This document shows, one piece after another, positions 9,073 through 18,662 of a stretch of 64,000 bases of DNA (the stretch's first letter is position 1; the number at the start of each line of letters is the position of its first letter). This stretch comes from a virus. A program made the translations under genes and the position numbers. Under the pieces are notes generated by a model, which was given only the letters and a program-made list of their open reading frames with translations, did not search any database and was not told the DNA's origin. The DNA lies in the IMG/VR virus record IMGVR_UViG_3300044568_004391, positions 87,985 through 151,984 of that record. One strand, written 5' to 3'.

Positions 9073-10488
9073 ATGTATATTTCTGAATCTGAAAAGAGGC
9101 ATATCTTAAAACTCTATAATCTATTGATTGAAGATACAAGACCTCTGCAAAAACTCAGAGAATGTAAAATTTCGAGTGACGGTCGATATATTGTCTATGA
9201 TAATCAAGTTTACCTAACATCTACGGGGGAACTTGCTCCAATATCTGAAGCGTGGTCATTAAGTGACATTCTTCACACAGGTGCGGACTTAGTATCTATG
9301 GGTATGGATTTTGTTATTCCTGGATCAGGTGCTGTAATCGACGTTCTCAATGCATTGAGTTATATAATCGAGGCTCAATTCGTTGATCCCGAAAAGAAAG
9401 ATTCTCTTTATATAATGGCGGCAATAACTTTCGGTTTCGTCATCCTTCCTGGTCCACTACAAGCCGTGGCGGTTCCGTTGAAAAGAGCGGTTAAGACAGG
9501 TGTTGGATTGGCAAGTAAAACCGTAGTTGCAGGGTTGAAAATAATTGGGAAATCATTGGATGTTTTACTCGTTAAGATTCCTGAGTATATTGGTCAGGCT
9601 CTAAAATCCAAAATGGGTAAAAGATTATTGGGAAAATGGGGTGATCGATTGAGTGGTTTTATAAGTGGGTTTACTTCAAGAATAAAGACTATATTAAGAT
9701 CAATTGGATCTGCACCAACTGCCACCAGGGCTGGTACTCAAACTGCAACTAGAAAATTACTTCAAACGCTCTCTAAAGCTCAACCACAATTTCTCAAAAA
9801 TTTCATGTCCAAATTACCTAAGATTAATAAGGGTAAGATGGTCTTAAGAAAGTTGGGTTTTGCACAAGGTCGATCCTATAGATACGTAGGTAAGTCAGGT
9901 AAAGCGTCAACCGCAACGATAGTGGGTATTACAGATTCTACGGTAAGAATTTCTTTTAAAACAGGATCCAAAGTTGCTGAATCTACAGTTCCTATAAATA
10001 CATTTATTTCACGAGCTGTCGGAGCTCCTTGGATAAGAAGGGGTGCAGGAGTCACAGTTCCATTTTTCATAAAGAGATTTGCGGATTGCTTGACTTCAGA
10101 TGGAAGTGTGGATGAAGCGGCGTTGGAAAAATTATCCGATATAAATCCTGATGTGACATCAGAAGAGTCATTGAATTACTTAAGGGAAGAAGTTGCAAGT
10201 TACGAAGGGGAAACTGGTCAATATACAGAAAACGAAAATGCCCAATTATTTCAAGAAGCTTTGAAAAAATTGGAATATGATCTTGGTAATTTTGGGCCCA
10301 ATAAGGATGGTATCGATGGTAAATTTGGACCAAAGACCAAATCGGCTTTGGAAAAATTCCAAACAAAAAACGGTTTAGAGGATTCTCTGGGTAAAATGGA
10401 CAGAATAACGGCAAATACTCTTGCCGATAGATTACCGGATGATGATGAAACTGCAATTAAATTAAGAAAATTAGTTTACCCGGATTAG
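9073..10488 (+). CDS. E-leader protein with a pre-toxin-TG-like hydrophobic domain and C-terminal peptidoglycan-binding domain
   Basis: HTGADLVSMGMDFVIPGSGAVIDVLNALSY; DGKFGPKTKSALEKFQ (PG_binding_1-like). Confidence 0.7.
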   Translation: MYISESEKRHILKLYNLLIEDTRPLQKLRECKISSDGRYIVYDNQVYLTSTGELAPISEAWSLSDILHTGADLVSMGMDFVIPGSGAVIDVLNALSYIIEAQFVDPEKKDSLYIMAAITFGFVILPGPLQAVAVPLKRAVKTGVGLASKTVVAGLKIIGKSLDVLLVKIPEYIGQALKSKMGKRLLGKWGDRLSGFISGFTSRIKTILRSIGSAPTATRAGTQTATRKLLQTLSKAQPQFLKNFMSKLPKINKGKMVLRKLGFAQGRSYRYVGKSGKASTATIVGITDSTVRISFKTGSKVAESTVPINTFISRAVGAPWIRRGAGVTVPFFIKRFADCLTSDGSVDEAALEKLSDINPDVTSEESLNYLREEVASYEGETGQYTENENAQLFQEALKKLEYDLGNFGPNKDGIDGKFGPKTKSALEKFQTKNGLEDSLGKMDRITANTLADRLPDDDETAIKLRKLVYPD

Positions 10489-10499
10489 AATTTATCATT

Positions 10500-11348
10500 A
10501 TGAAGTATGACGAAAAAAGAATAAGAAAAGTATTATCGGCTTTTAAATCATATTATGGTGAGGATAAGCCTAAACCAAGATATGGTAGTTGGTATGATTT
10601 TGATATACCTAATGTTTTTAAAAGTTTGGGTTATCCCGAAAAGTTTTTGCAAGCTCTGTTGAAACATAATATTGAATTTTATGAGATATGGGACGATCCT
10701 GAATATAAAATTGTCATACCTAAAGAAAAAACATTTGATGTTGTGATTGACTGGATGGGAAGACAATATTTAACTAAAAGTTATGGTCATAGAATTGATG
10801 CGTTTGATAAAGATGATATTGAAGATATGATTTCAAACTGTAACCCGTGTTATGATGAAGGTGATGAAATGGACGTTGATTATGGTGATTCAGATGGAGA
10901 GTGGGAAATAACGTCTTTTGAACAAATAACGGAATCCGATTACCAACGAATTAAAAGTAAACTTTTGATAAAAGAATCCGATAAGGAAAATTCAAAAGAA
11001 GAAAAATTGATGAGATTTTTGAATATATATATGGACCAAATTTTGGACGGAGGTGTTTGGTATGATGATGAGAATTATTGGTTCATAAATCCTGAAACCA
11101 AAGAATGGATTTTTGAATATCGTAAAAAAACGAAGTATGTGTTTTTTTATAGAAAATATTTTGAGATTATACAAGACCTTACAGGAATGAAATCTCCAAT
11201 TACAACCGAATTGAAAAAAATACTCACTAAATGGGTGTCAAAGAAATTTGGTTTTAATGTAGAAGATGTTATACCTTATTATAGTGAAGAAAGGGCTACG
11301 GTGAGAGATGTATTACAAAAAAATAATAGGTGGGACGAGATGAATTAA
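10500..11348 (+). CDS. two-domain hypothetical protein; N-domain paralogous to 37195-37857
   Basis: Shared IP.K...Y...D.YDK and EG..D...DS motifs; internal ITES/IKES junction. Confidence 0.75.
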   Translation: MKYDEKRIRKVLSAFKSYYGEDKPKPRYGSWYDFDIPNVFKSLGYPEKFLQALLKHNIEFYEIWDDPEYKIVIPKEKTFDVVIDWMGRQYLTKSYGHRIDAFDKDDIEDMISNCNPCYDEGDEMDVDYGDSDGEWEITSFEQITESDYQRIKSKLLIKESDKENSKEEKLMRFLNIYMDQILDGGVWYDDENYWFINPETKEWIFEYRKKTKYVFFYRKYFEIIQDLTGMKSPITTELKKILTKWVSKKFGFNVEDVIPYYSEERATVRDVLQKNNRWDEMN

Positions 11349-11361
11349 TAACAACCCACCT

Positions 11362-12048
11362 TTAGTGGGTTTTTTTTTGGATTATAAAAAACAAAATACC
11401 TGAAACAAAACCCCCAAGATGTGCGTAATCTCCTGATCCTATGTAGTGAGAAAATTCAGGTTCGGTAAAAAAAACTGTGGAAATCATTTCAAATAGGACA
11501 TACCCAATGAAAAGATTTATAAGTATTTTCCGAATTTCCAAGAAGTTAAAAAGAAGATACATAATGGCCATTGAAAAAATAATACCTGAAAAACCTTTTG
11601 TATTACCAACAGAATATAGGTAATTTTCTACTTGAATTTGTTGGTCAAAAGTTAAATTTTCTTCTTGGTAGTCGTAAGGATCAATACCCTCCTCCATAAG
11701 ATATTTCGAAGAACTCATGTATTTGGTATGTTGGTGGTATTGAGCAAAAGATAAGGATACAATTCCTGCCATCACCATAGATAAGATGTAGCTTCTTGTT
11801 CCCAACTTATTTTCCAAGAAAGGTCCCACCAAAAACAAAACCAACAAATTTCCAAAGATATGGAGTGGGTCGTATAGGTTATGAATGAATAAGGAGGTGA
11901 TTGGTTGAAACCATTTAAAATCTTCGGTAAAAGTCCCATATAACCCAAATTGGACACAAAGATCCAAGTTAAAAATGATGGAGATCAGATGAATCACCAC
12001 CATAAGAATAATTAAACTTTTTGTGACGATTGGAACTTTGAAATTCAT
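11362..12048 (-). CDS. rhomboid-family intramembrane serine protease
   Basis: Multi-TM; HIFGN, GFSG and AHLGG motifs; Bacteroidota promoter at 12053-12084. Confidence 0.85.
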   Translation of the reverse strand: MNFKVPIVTKSLIILMVVIHLISIIFNLDLCVQFGLYGTFTEDFKWFQPITSLFIHNLYDPLHIFGNLLVLFLVGPFLENKLGTRSYILSMVMAGIVSLSFAQYHQHTKYMSSSKYLMEEGIDPYDYQEENLTFDQQIQVENYLYSVGNTKGFSGIIFSMAIMYLLFNFLEIRKILINLFIGYVLFEMISTVFFTEPEFSHYIGSGDYAHLGGFVSGILFFIIQKKTH

Positions 12049-12077
12049 AAATCAAATATACAGAATATATTTGACTT

Positions 12078-13649
12078 TTACAAATTATCTCTCACTGATT
12101 CATTTATCTCTTTATTACTAGGGTTAGGATAAACATCAAAATCAAATTTTTCTTTATCGTAGAAGGTGGTTTCGTTTACTATATCCCAAAACGCACTCAT
12201 AATACTCAACCGATCATCAGAACGATGAAAATTCTGATCAAATAACTCTTGAACAAAATCGTCATCCAATAACGTGAGTGTTTGGGTTAAATCAACTTCC
12301 AACTTCAAACCCTCCTCTGTGAGTTCTATAACATGTCCATATTCACTAAGTGAATTTTTGAGTCGATCATATAATTTACCACTAACATCCGATTCTTCAG
12401 CATTTATTACCCCCCACCTAATTGCGTTTTCAATATCTCCATCATCGTACTCTTGAAATATTTCATATAAATTACCATCTTCTTCTTCACTGATGGTGAC
12501 ACCTTGTTTTTTAGCTTTTTCTATGAGTTTGGAACGAATAATCTGATCGGTTTTTGAATCTGATACATACTTAAAGAACCCTTCAATATCCACATGGCTT
12601 GAATCTCCCCAATATTCAAAATTTCCATTTACAATTTTTACAACGGGGTGTTCAAATGTGTATTCGTACTGTATTCTATTATCAGGCACCTTTATTCGTT
12701 TTTGAATTCTTATAGGATCCAAACCACCAACTAAGTACCATATATCCTCTAATTCAATATTCAAAACTTCGGACAATGGGAAGTCCTCTGGTTTTATGCG
12801 ACCTTCTTTAAATAATTTATATCTTGTATAACCATCTGTAAATAAATCCGGTCTATCTTCCAATAACTTTTTCATTTCTTCTTCAGTTAAATCGGATATT
12901 TTAAAATCACTTGACGATTGATATTCTCTCCCGAAATCTTTGATAAAATACTCACCATCTTCATCTGTGAGATAAAGAAGATCAATTATGTATTTGTGAT
13001 ATTTGCTTTGTGGTTTTGAGTTTTTCGGACCTTTCATCTGATAAATCACCCCGTCAGGACTAATTGCTGCCGTGAGGTGAGATTTATTAAGTTTGAATTT
13101 GGGGTTCAGAGTTTTTACTTCCCTCAAAGAATATATGTTCCCTGATGAACTTCTACCACAATGTCCCATCCTTTCACACTCTTCGGGCGAGTTACTTGTC
13201 TCTAAATCCGCCCAATAAAATCCATCTCCATTTTCATTTCTAAAATCCAATATGACAGGATTTTTTTCAACGTAATTTATATCACCCTGACCTACTTCAA
13301 GGGAGTCGTGCCATTCTCTTGATTTTTTATATAACTCATCGAAGGTGAGAATCATAAACGGTTTTACATTTCCATCCAAACCAACTCTGATCCAATCCAT
13401 TATAGATGTCATGGTATTCATAGCTGTGGATAAAGAAAGTGAATTAATTCTACTCAATGCTTCTTCTTTTGATTCACCTCTGTGTTTTTGAACTCTTTCT
13501 ATAAATTTATTTGCCAACCAAACCGACAAAGGCCCGGCAATTCTATCTACCATTTCCGCATTTTCTGCACTAAGTCCAACCTTATCTATTAGGATTTTTT
13601 TCTTGGATGCTTCTAAAATAATAGATGTTAAATTATCTAACAGTTTCAT
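12078..13649 (-). CDS. PcfJ-like domain protein with E-leader
   Basis: SREWH, EECERMGHC, IYSLR and QMKGPKN motifs. Confidence 0.55.
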   Translation of the reverse strand: MKLLDNLTSIILEASKKKILIDKVGLSAENAEMVDRIAGPLSVWLANKFIERVQKHRGESKEEALSRINSLSLSTAMNTMTSIMDWIRVGLDGNVKPFMILTFDELYKKSREWHDSLEVGQGDINYVEKNPVILDFRNENGDGFYWADLETSNSPEECERMGHCGRSSSGNIYSLREVKTLNPKFKLNKSHLTAAISPDGVIYQMKGPKNSKPQSKYHKYIIDLLYLTDEDGEYFIKDFGREYQSSSDFKISDLTEEEMKKLLEDRPDLFTDGYTRYKLFKEGRIKPEDFPLSEVLNIELEDIWYLVGGLDPIRIQKRIKVPDNRIQYEYTFEHPVVKIVNGNFEYWGDSSHVDIEGFFKYVSDSKTDQIIRSKLIEKAKKQGVTISEEEDGNLYEIFQEYDDGDIENAIRWGVINAEESDVSGKLYDRLKNSLSEYGHVIELTEEGLKLEVDLTQTLTLLDDDFVQELFDQNFHRSDDRLSIMSAFWDIVNETTFYDKEKFDFDVYPNPSNKEINESVRDNL

Positions 13650-13721
13650 AAAAAGACTTTTCAATAAATATATGAATTATGTTGATTTGGGGATAAAAGA
13701 TGAAAAAAACTTGTTTTGGTT

Positions 13722-13753
13722 TTTGTCAAATAGATAAACATTTATTATCTTTG
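13722..13753 (+). promoter_or_regulatory. Bacteroidota primary-sigma promoter (-33 TTTG / -7 TATCTTTG)
   Basis: 20-nt spacer; ATG 4 nt after the -7 box. Confidence 0.8.
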
Positions 13754-13757
13754 TAAT

Positions 13758-14192
13758 ATGAATAAATTACTGATCCTATTGTCATTTTGTTTTATGATTG
13801 CCGCTTGTGCTTCCAAGATTGAAGATGGTAAGCTTTGTGTTAAAACCATTGATGGTTATGGTGAAGAGGCTGAAGTTGAATTTTGGGTTGAGGAAATCCT
13901 TGTAAATGAAATCCGTATCTCTGAAGATGTTCTCAAAACAATCGGAGAAACTGCTTGTCGTTATTCTGATTGGAATATTCAGGACAAGAACTATTTCTAC
14001 ATTGACAACAACCGAATCAATATGATTGTCTTCAACGAAGAGAAAAATAACATTCACGTTTGGACTCACGTTGTTAAAACCAACTCAGATGGTTCTCAGA
14101 GTTTCATTACAAACTCATTTGACTTTGATTTGAACGGAAATATTCTTTTGGATGATGACGGTGACATCAAAGTTTATTCGTATGAATACTAA
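13758..14192 (+). CDS. lipoprotein
   Basis: Signal peptide with IAA-C lipobox. Confidence 0.7.
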   Translation: MNKLLILLSFCFMIAACASKIEDGKLCVKTIDGYGEEAEVEFWVEEILVNEIRISEDVLKTIGETACRYSDWNIQDKNYFYIDNNRINMIVFNEEKNNIHVWTHVVKTNSDGSQSFITNSFDFDLNGNILLDDDGDIKVYSYEY

Positions 14193-14234
14193 ACTCAAAT
14201 ATTTATATCAAGAGACCAATTCTCTTCTTAAATT

Positions 14235-14702
14235 TTGATTCAATATATACTAAAATTCGGTTTATCGGCGATGGGGATTATCTATCCACTACTTATGTGG
14301 TGGTGGATTGGTCCCCAAACTTCTATTTCTGCTTATTTTTTGACACAGGCTCAGTTTTTATTCCTACTTTTTAACGCTGGAACTTCATTTTACTTCGCAA
14401 ATACCAAAAATTGGTTGATGTCAGGTGTATTTTTGTTACTTCTGTCTTGTTTTTCCATCCAATATTATCAAACTATTCACAATATTTTTGCAATTTCCTT
14501 CTTTATTACCTCTGTCATCTCCATTTTGAGGTCGAAAAGGTATAAATGGGTGGTTTTTGGTGTAATTTCGGGTCTTTTTGGTCTTTTTCACTCTATTTTC
14601 CTTGCGGAATACATCGCAGTGGTCTTTATTTCCCTGTTTCACATCCTGATTTTGAGAGATCTTTACAAATTTGAGTTCAGAAAACACAAATTTATATCCT
14701 GA
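14235..14702 (+). CDS. polytopic membrane protein
   Basis: Several hydrophobic helices; TTG start uncertain. Confidence 0.65.
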   Translation: MIQYILKFGLSAMGIIYPLLMWWWIGPQTSISAYFLTQAQFLFLLFNAGTSFYFANTKNWLMSGVFLLLLSCFSIQYYQTIHNIFAISFFITSVISILRSKRYKWVVFGVISGLFGLFHSIFLAEYIAVVFISLFHILILRDLYKFEFRKHKFIS

Positions 14703-14724
14703 TATTTATTTTTAAACAAATATT

Positions 14725-14862
14725 ATGGGAAGAGCAAGAAAAAAACTCAAAAAAGCACCAAGTAGGTCAAAAATTGTCAAATTATCAAAAAGAATGACCT
14801 TAAATTTGGAAATTATCCGACAAATCGAACGAGATTTAATTCAAAATCAAAAATCGGAGTAA
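14725..14862 (+). CDS. small basic protein (45 aa, MGRARKKLKKAPSRSK...), absent from the ORF track
   Basis: Translated by hand; TATTTAT at 14703. Confidence 0.55.
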   Translation: MGRARKKLKKAPSRSKIVKLSKRMTLNLEIIRQIERDLIQNQKSE

Positions 14863-14905
14863 TTTTTTTGGAAAGTAGGGTTATTTTTTGTAAATTTACT
14901 CTACC

Positions 14906-15046
14906 ATGAAACTAATCCTCATTATCCTCATTCTGATGCTCCTTTTTGGAGGTTTCAAATCTGTTTTTAACCTTGTAAAAGGGGTTATGAAGTTCATTTG
15001 GATCGCAATTCTTATTATTTTTTTACTTATTCTAATTGGTTCTTGA
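14906..15046 (+). CDS. small two-TM membrane peptide (46 aa), absent from the ORF track
   Basis: MKLILIILILMLLFGGFKSVFNLVKGVMKFIWIAILIIFLLILIGS. Confidence 0.6.
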   Translation: MKLILIILILMLLFGGFKSVFNLVKGVMKFIWIAILIIFLLILIGS

Positions 15047-15069
15047 TATTTATATAAAAAAGGGCAAAG

Positions 15070-15321
15070 ATGAAACTTTCAGGTATGAAACATCTAGTGG
15101 AAGAGTATGGGTCAAGTCTAGTAGAAACTGAAGTGACCTTCGACGAGTTGAAATTGACCGCAAAATTAATCAGAGAATACTTAAAACTAACTCCAACACA
15201 ACATATTGATTATGCGTCAGATGATGACAACTATCTATCGTTAATCATCCAACAATATGGTATAGGAAACTACGAAGAAGCAAAAAGGGATTTGGATGAG
15301 TTCAGTGTATTGTTTAATTAA
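15070..15321 (+). CDS. hypothetical protein
   Basis: ORF; TATTTAT at 15047. Confidence 0.65.
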   Translation: MKLSGMKHLVEEYGSSLVETEVTFDELKLTAKLIREYLKLTPTQHIDYASDDDNYLSLIIQQYGIGNYEEAKRDLDEFSVLFN

Positions 15322-15353
15322 CCAATTTCATCATATTTATTAAGAAAATATTG

Positions 15354-15800
15354 ATGAAAAAGGTATTACATTTATCCCAAAACGAATTGAAGAATAAAAT
15401 CAAATCTTTAATTCAAGAACAAGAGGAAACAGAGTCAAACGACTTTCCAACCATAGTTTCACAACTTTTGTTTTCTCAAACTCAAGTTCATATATTCCAT
15501 CTTCAGACAAAATCCTTTGCGGAACACAATGCGTTACAGGATTACTATGATGGAATAGATGATTTGGTTGACACCTTAATAGAATCCTATCAGGGTGAGT
15601 TCGGCATTATTGAAAATTACAAATCATTTAAGGTAGAATCTTATCAAGACACAGATCAGGTTCTTGCTTATTTCGATATGATCCTAAATTTAGTAAAAAA
15701 GGGAAGGGAAACCATTGAATCAACTCATCTTCAAAACATCATGGATGAGATTATTACCCTTGTTACGAAAACAATGTATAAACTGAAGTTCTTGAAATGA
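15354..15800 (+). CDS. Dps/ferritin-like four-helix protein with E-leader
   Basis: HIFHLQT..FAEHNAL..YY....D.LIESYQG. Confidence 0.75.
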   Translation: MKKVLHLSQNELKNKIKSLIQEQEETESNDFPTIVSQLLFSQTQVHIFHLQTKSFAEHNALQDYYDGIDDLVDTLIESYQGEFGIIENYKSFKVESYQDTDQVLAYFDMILNLVKKGRETIESTHLQNIMDEIITLVTKTMYKLKFLK

Positions 15801-15898
15801 ACAGAAAAACCCCTCTTTGATGAGGGGTTTTAATTTTATTGTGTATTTATTTATATCAAATTATTTTAATGATCGGTTTAATCAAAAATTTCTTCTAA

Positions 15899-16318
15899 AT
15901 GAAATTCAAAAAAAAAGATATAAAATATTTTTTGGATCTCTATAAAAAGATGGGTGTACCCAAAGTGGATGCTGAAGACAATTTGAAAAAACTTATGAGG
16001 TGGGTGGAAAACCTACCAAAGAAAATTATTCTTTACAGAATCATATTTGTCAATTCCGAAGATGAAATTATCCGTGATATACCGGGTTCACACTACATGA
16101 TGGATAAAGAACATCTTATAGATACACATTATATTAACATTAAAAATTCACCTCAAGGTAGTGAGTGTTATCTTTTAACTGTAGAAGCAGACAAGAAGAT
16201 GATTGATCAATTCCAAACAATAGCGACAAATATTGTTTACCCAACTGAAAAAGAAATCACCCTAAAAAATAAAGGAGAGGGGATAAACTATATAGAACAC
16301 AAAAAAATCAATGAGTAA
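15899..16318 (+). CDS. putative ADP-ribosyltransferase-fold protein
   Basis: LYR ... GSHY ... EKE ordering resembles R-S-ExE. Confidence 0.4.
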   Translation: MKFKKKDIKYFLDLYKKMGVPKVDAEDNLKKLMRWVENLPKKIILYRIIFVNSEDEIIRDIPGSHYMMDKEHLIDTHYINIKNSPQGSECYLLTVEADKKMIDQFQTIATNIVYPTEKEITLKNKGEGINYIEHKKINE

Positions 16319-16661
16319 AAAATTAAATTTATCTGATAAGGAAATTCAGGAAATCAGAAAGAAACACGAAACCGAAAGAAACAACCACGAGTTTTTCAGT
16401 AAGAAGGTGTTTGAACCTAAGAAGAAACTTGATGAACAGTCGGTGGGATCGGTTGCGTCTTCAGGTGTATCCAAATCCAAAGGTGTTGAAGAGTCAGACG
16501 GAACCATAAGTTTCAGTGCTGAATCACCACAAAGAGAAATTGCCGCTAAAATAGCATTGAATAATGCAACTGTAGAAGGGTATAGATTACCATCAAAACC
16601 CAGTAAGGTTGAATCTACCGATAAAGGGTATAAAGTTACATATTATTTTAATAAGTTATGA
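16311..16661 (+). CDS. hypothetical protein with a leader-like N-terminus
   Basis: MSKKLNLSDKEIQEIRKKH...LDEQ. Confidence 0.7.
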   Translation: MSKKLNLSDKEIQEIRKKHETERNNHEFFSKKVFEPKKKLDEQSVGSVASSGVSKSKGVEESDGTISFSAESPQREIAAKIALNNATVEGYRLPSKPSKVESTDKGYKVTYYFNKL

Positions 16662-16803
16662 AAAAGAAAATCTGTCAATTTATCTCAAAGATAACTTTTG
16701 GAAAAGTTTGTCTTGGTTGGTGTAAGATTTAAGAAATGAAAAACCCCTCCGATTGGAGGGGTTTTGTTTTATTATTGAAACAATAACTATTGGTTTTGTT
16801 TCA

Positions 16804-17649
16804 TTAAACGAACAATACCTCTTCTTCCTTATGTTTTTCTTGTTGAAGAAGTTCATAAGCTCTTGCAAGTCTGGTCATACCGATTCCACCTCCGAATCTT
16901 GGGAAGAAGTTATGGGATAGGAATTCTTCAAGTTCTTTCTCCACTCTTTCTTGTCCGAACAATTCAAATAGTTTTTCACAATATCTTCCATCTTCAATTG
17001 AATAGAACATTTCTCTCATACCTTCAACATCACAAGATCTTTCAGCCGATCCAATTGTTTCTTGACCATAAAGGATGACATCAACCTTGTTGAAGATCTC
17101 ACCTTCTCTGTGTTTCATATTCCAAAATGGATTTGTTCTTCTTGGGAATAGTTCAAGAGAAACCACAGATCCTTTCTCTTGCCACATTCTTGTTTCATCT
17201 TCGTGTTCAATGATTGAAATACCACCATATTCTTCACATACTGAATCGTATGTCTCACGGATGGGTTGATCAAACCCAAGATATTCCAAAAGTTCTGCTT
17301 CCAATTGGATCATATCTTCAATAGTTCCTTTTGACTCAAACTCAAACATGGGAAAAATTAGAGAGTGTCTACCTTCAATAGGGGTTTTCTCTTCACGATA
17401 AGAAGTTGAAATACAGAATACCCCATCCCACTCAGGGTTTTTAAGAAGTTCATATTCCAACCACATCTGTCCTGTTTGTGGTAAGGGCCATTGTTCCCCA
17501 CAGTATTCAAAGGTTTTTACCGAATGAGGATTTTCACATGCCGCAAGAATTGACAAACGGGATTGAACTGGAACTTCAACAAAGTTTTTGTTTAGGAAAA
17601 ATGTTCTCATCTTTTGAACAAGTTCGTTGTAGGTTTTTGTGTTTTTCAT
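16804..17649 (-). CDS. catalytic-core-only Asp/Asn-tRNA-synthetase paralogue (AsnRS-derived asparagine synthetase-like)
   Basis: Class II motifs SYREE...RH..IFPMFEFE, ETIGSAER, GGGIGMTRL; 281 aa with no anticodon OB domain. Confidence 0.8.
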   Translation of the reverse strand: MKNTKTYNELVQKMRTFFLNKNFVEVPVQSRLSILAACENPHSVKTFEYCGEQWPLPQTGQMWLEYELLKNPEWDGVFCISTSYREEKTPIEGRHSLIFPMFEFESKGTIEDMIQLEAELLEYLGFDQPIRETYDSVCEEYGGISIIEHEDETRMWQEKGSVVSLELFPRRTNPFWNMKHREGEIFNKVDVILYGQETIGSAERSCDVEGMREMFYSIEDGRYCEKLFELFGQERVEKELEEFLSHNFFPRFGGGIGMTRLARAYELLQQEKHKEEEVLFV

Positions 17650-17695
17650 TTTTTTGTTTTTTTATTTGTTTATGTTTATTTGTTCATTATTGGGC

Positions 17696-17721
17696 AAAAA
17701 AAATCCCTCAATAAAGAGGGA
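17696..17721 (-). terminator. intrinsic terminator inside the 5' leader of the AsnRS-like gene
   Basis: TCCCTC-TTTATT-GAGGGA followed by a U-run on the minus strand. Confidence 0.7.
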
Positions 17722-17770
17722 ATGATTTTTTTGGTTTTATTTTTGTAATATTTGGATGTCCGTGACTCAT
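17708..17770 (-). CDS. candidate leader peptide MSHGHPNITKIKPKKSFPLY
   Basis: Stop codon lies in the terminator hairpin; TATTTAT at 17790-17796. Confidence 0.4.
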   Translation of the reverse strand: MSHGHPNITKIKPKKSFPLY

Positions 17771-17865
17771 GATTTTCTTAAAATTTTTAATAAATATATC
17801 TGAAATAAACAAAGTATCAAGTTTTTTAAAAAAAAAATTATTATACTTATAAAAAAAGAAATACA

Positions 17866-18609
17866 ATGAAAAACATTATACCATTTATCCTGTTTTTATT
17901 ATTTATACCGATGATTTCTCTTTCTCAGAGTGAATCAGACCAGAAGAGACAAAGACGAGTTGAACGATATCAAAGACCTGTACCTACACCTGATGTAGTT
18001 GTCGTCCCAAATCCATATATCTCACCCTACTATAATCCATATGTCCCATATTATTACAACAGATATACACCTTATACTCCTTATTACGGATTACCTGTTG
18101 CCACACCCACAAGGTTGTTTAATAGACCCGTATTTTCAATGGGGGTTCTTTCCACCATCGGAACTGATCCTTCCCTCCCAACCTTTGGTGTATATGGAAC
18201 GGTTGGATCGGAGAATGTGTTTTTTAAAATGTCTTATGAAGGAAGCAGAGTTTCCAATATTGAACATTATAACAATATCACCTTAAACGATGTTTATTCT
18301 TGGAACGATCAATCAAGAGGCGAGTTTGAAAGATATTCGGCGTTGTTTGTTGGGATGGGTGGGAAGTTAACACCCTCCATTTATCCATTTTTGGGGGCAA
18401 ATTTCTACTTTCAAGAGCAAGACCTGATATTCTACGATGAACTACATATCTTGTCAAATGACGGGGAATATTCAATCAATGGGATTGATAAAAATGGTCT
18501 TAATGTGAGAGGTGGGATTATGTTCAGAAAAAATAATTTTGAAGCAGGAACAAATATTACTTTGTTGAACCCCGCAAGATTTGGTGCCAATATAGGATTA
18601 AATTTTTGA
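17866..18609 (+). CDS. outer-membrane beta-barrel protein with a Pro/Tyr-rich N-region
   Basis: Signal peptide SLS-Q; amphipathic strands; C-terminal GANIGLNF beta-signal. Confidence 0.7.
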   Translation: MKNIIPFILFLLFIPMISLSQSESDQKRQRRVERYQRPVPTPDVVVVPNPYISPYYNPYVPYYYNRYTPYTPYYGLPVATPTRLFNRPVFSMGVLSTIGTDPSLPTFGVYGTVGSENVFFKMSYEGSRVSNIEHYNNITLNDVYSWNDQSRGEFERYSALFVGMGGKLTPSIYPFLGANFYFQEQDLIFYDELHILSNDGEYSINGIDKNGLNVRGGIMFRKNNFEAGTNITLLNPARFGANIGLNF

Positions 18610-18662
18610 TATGGTTTGATTTTTAAAAACCATTTCGTATTTTTTCCATAAAGTTTTTGAAT

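Noticed and set aside
16804-17649. Bona fide asnS or aspS
   Set aside because: Lacks the anticodon-binding domain
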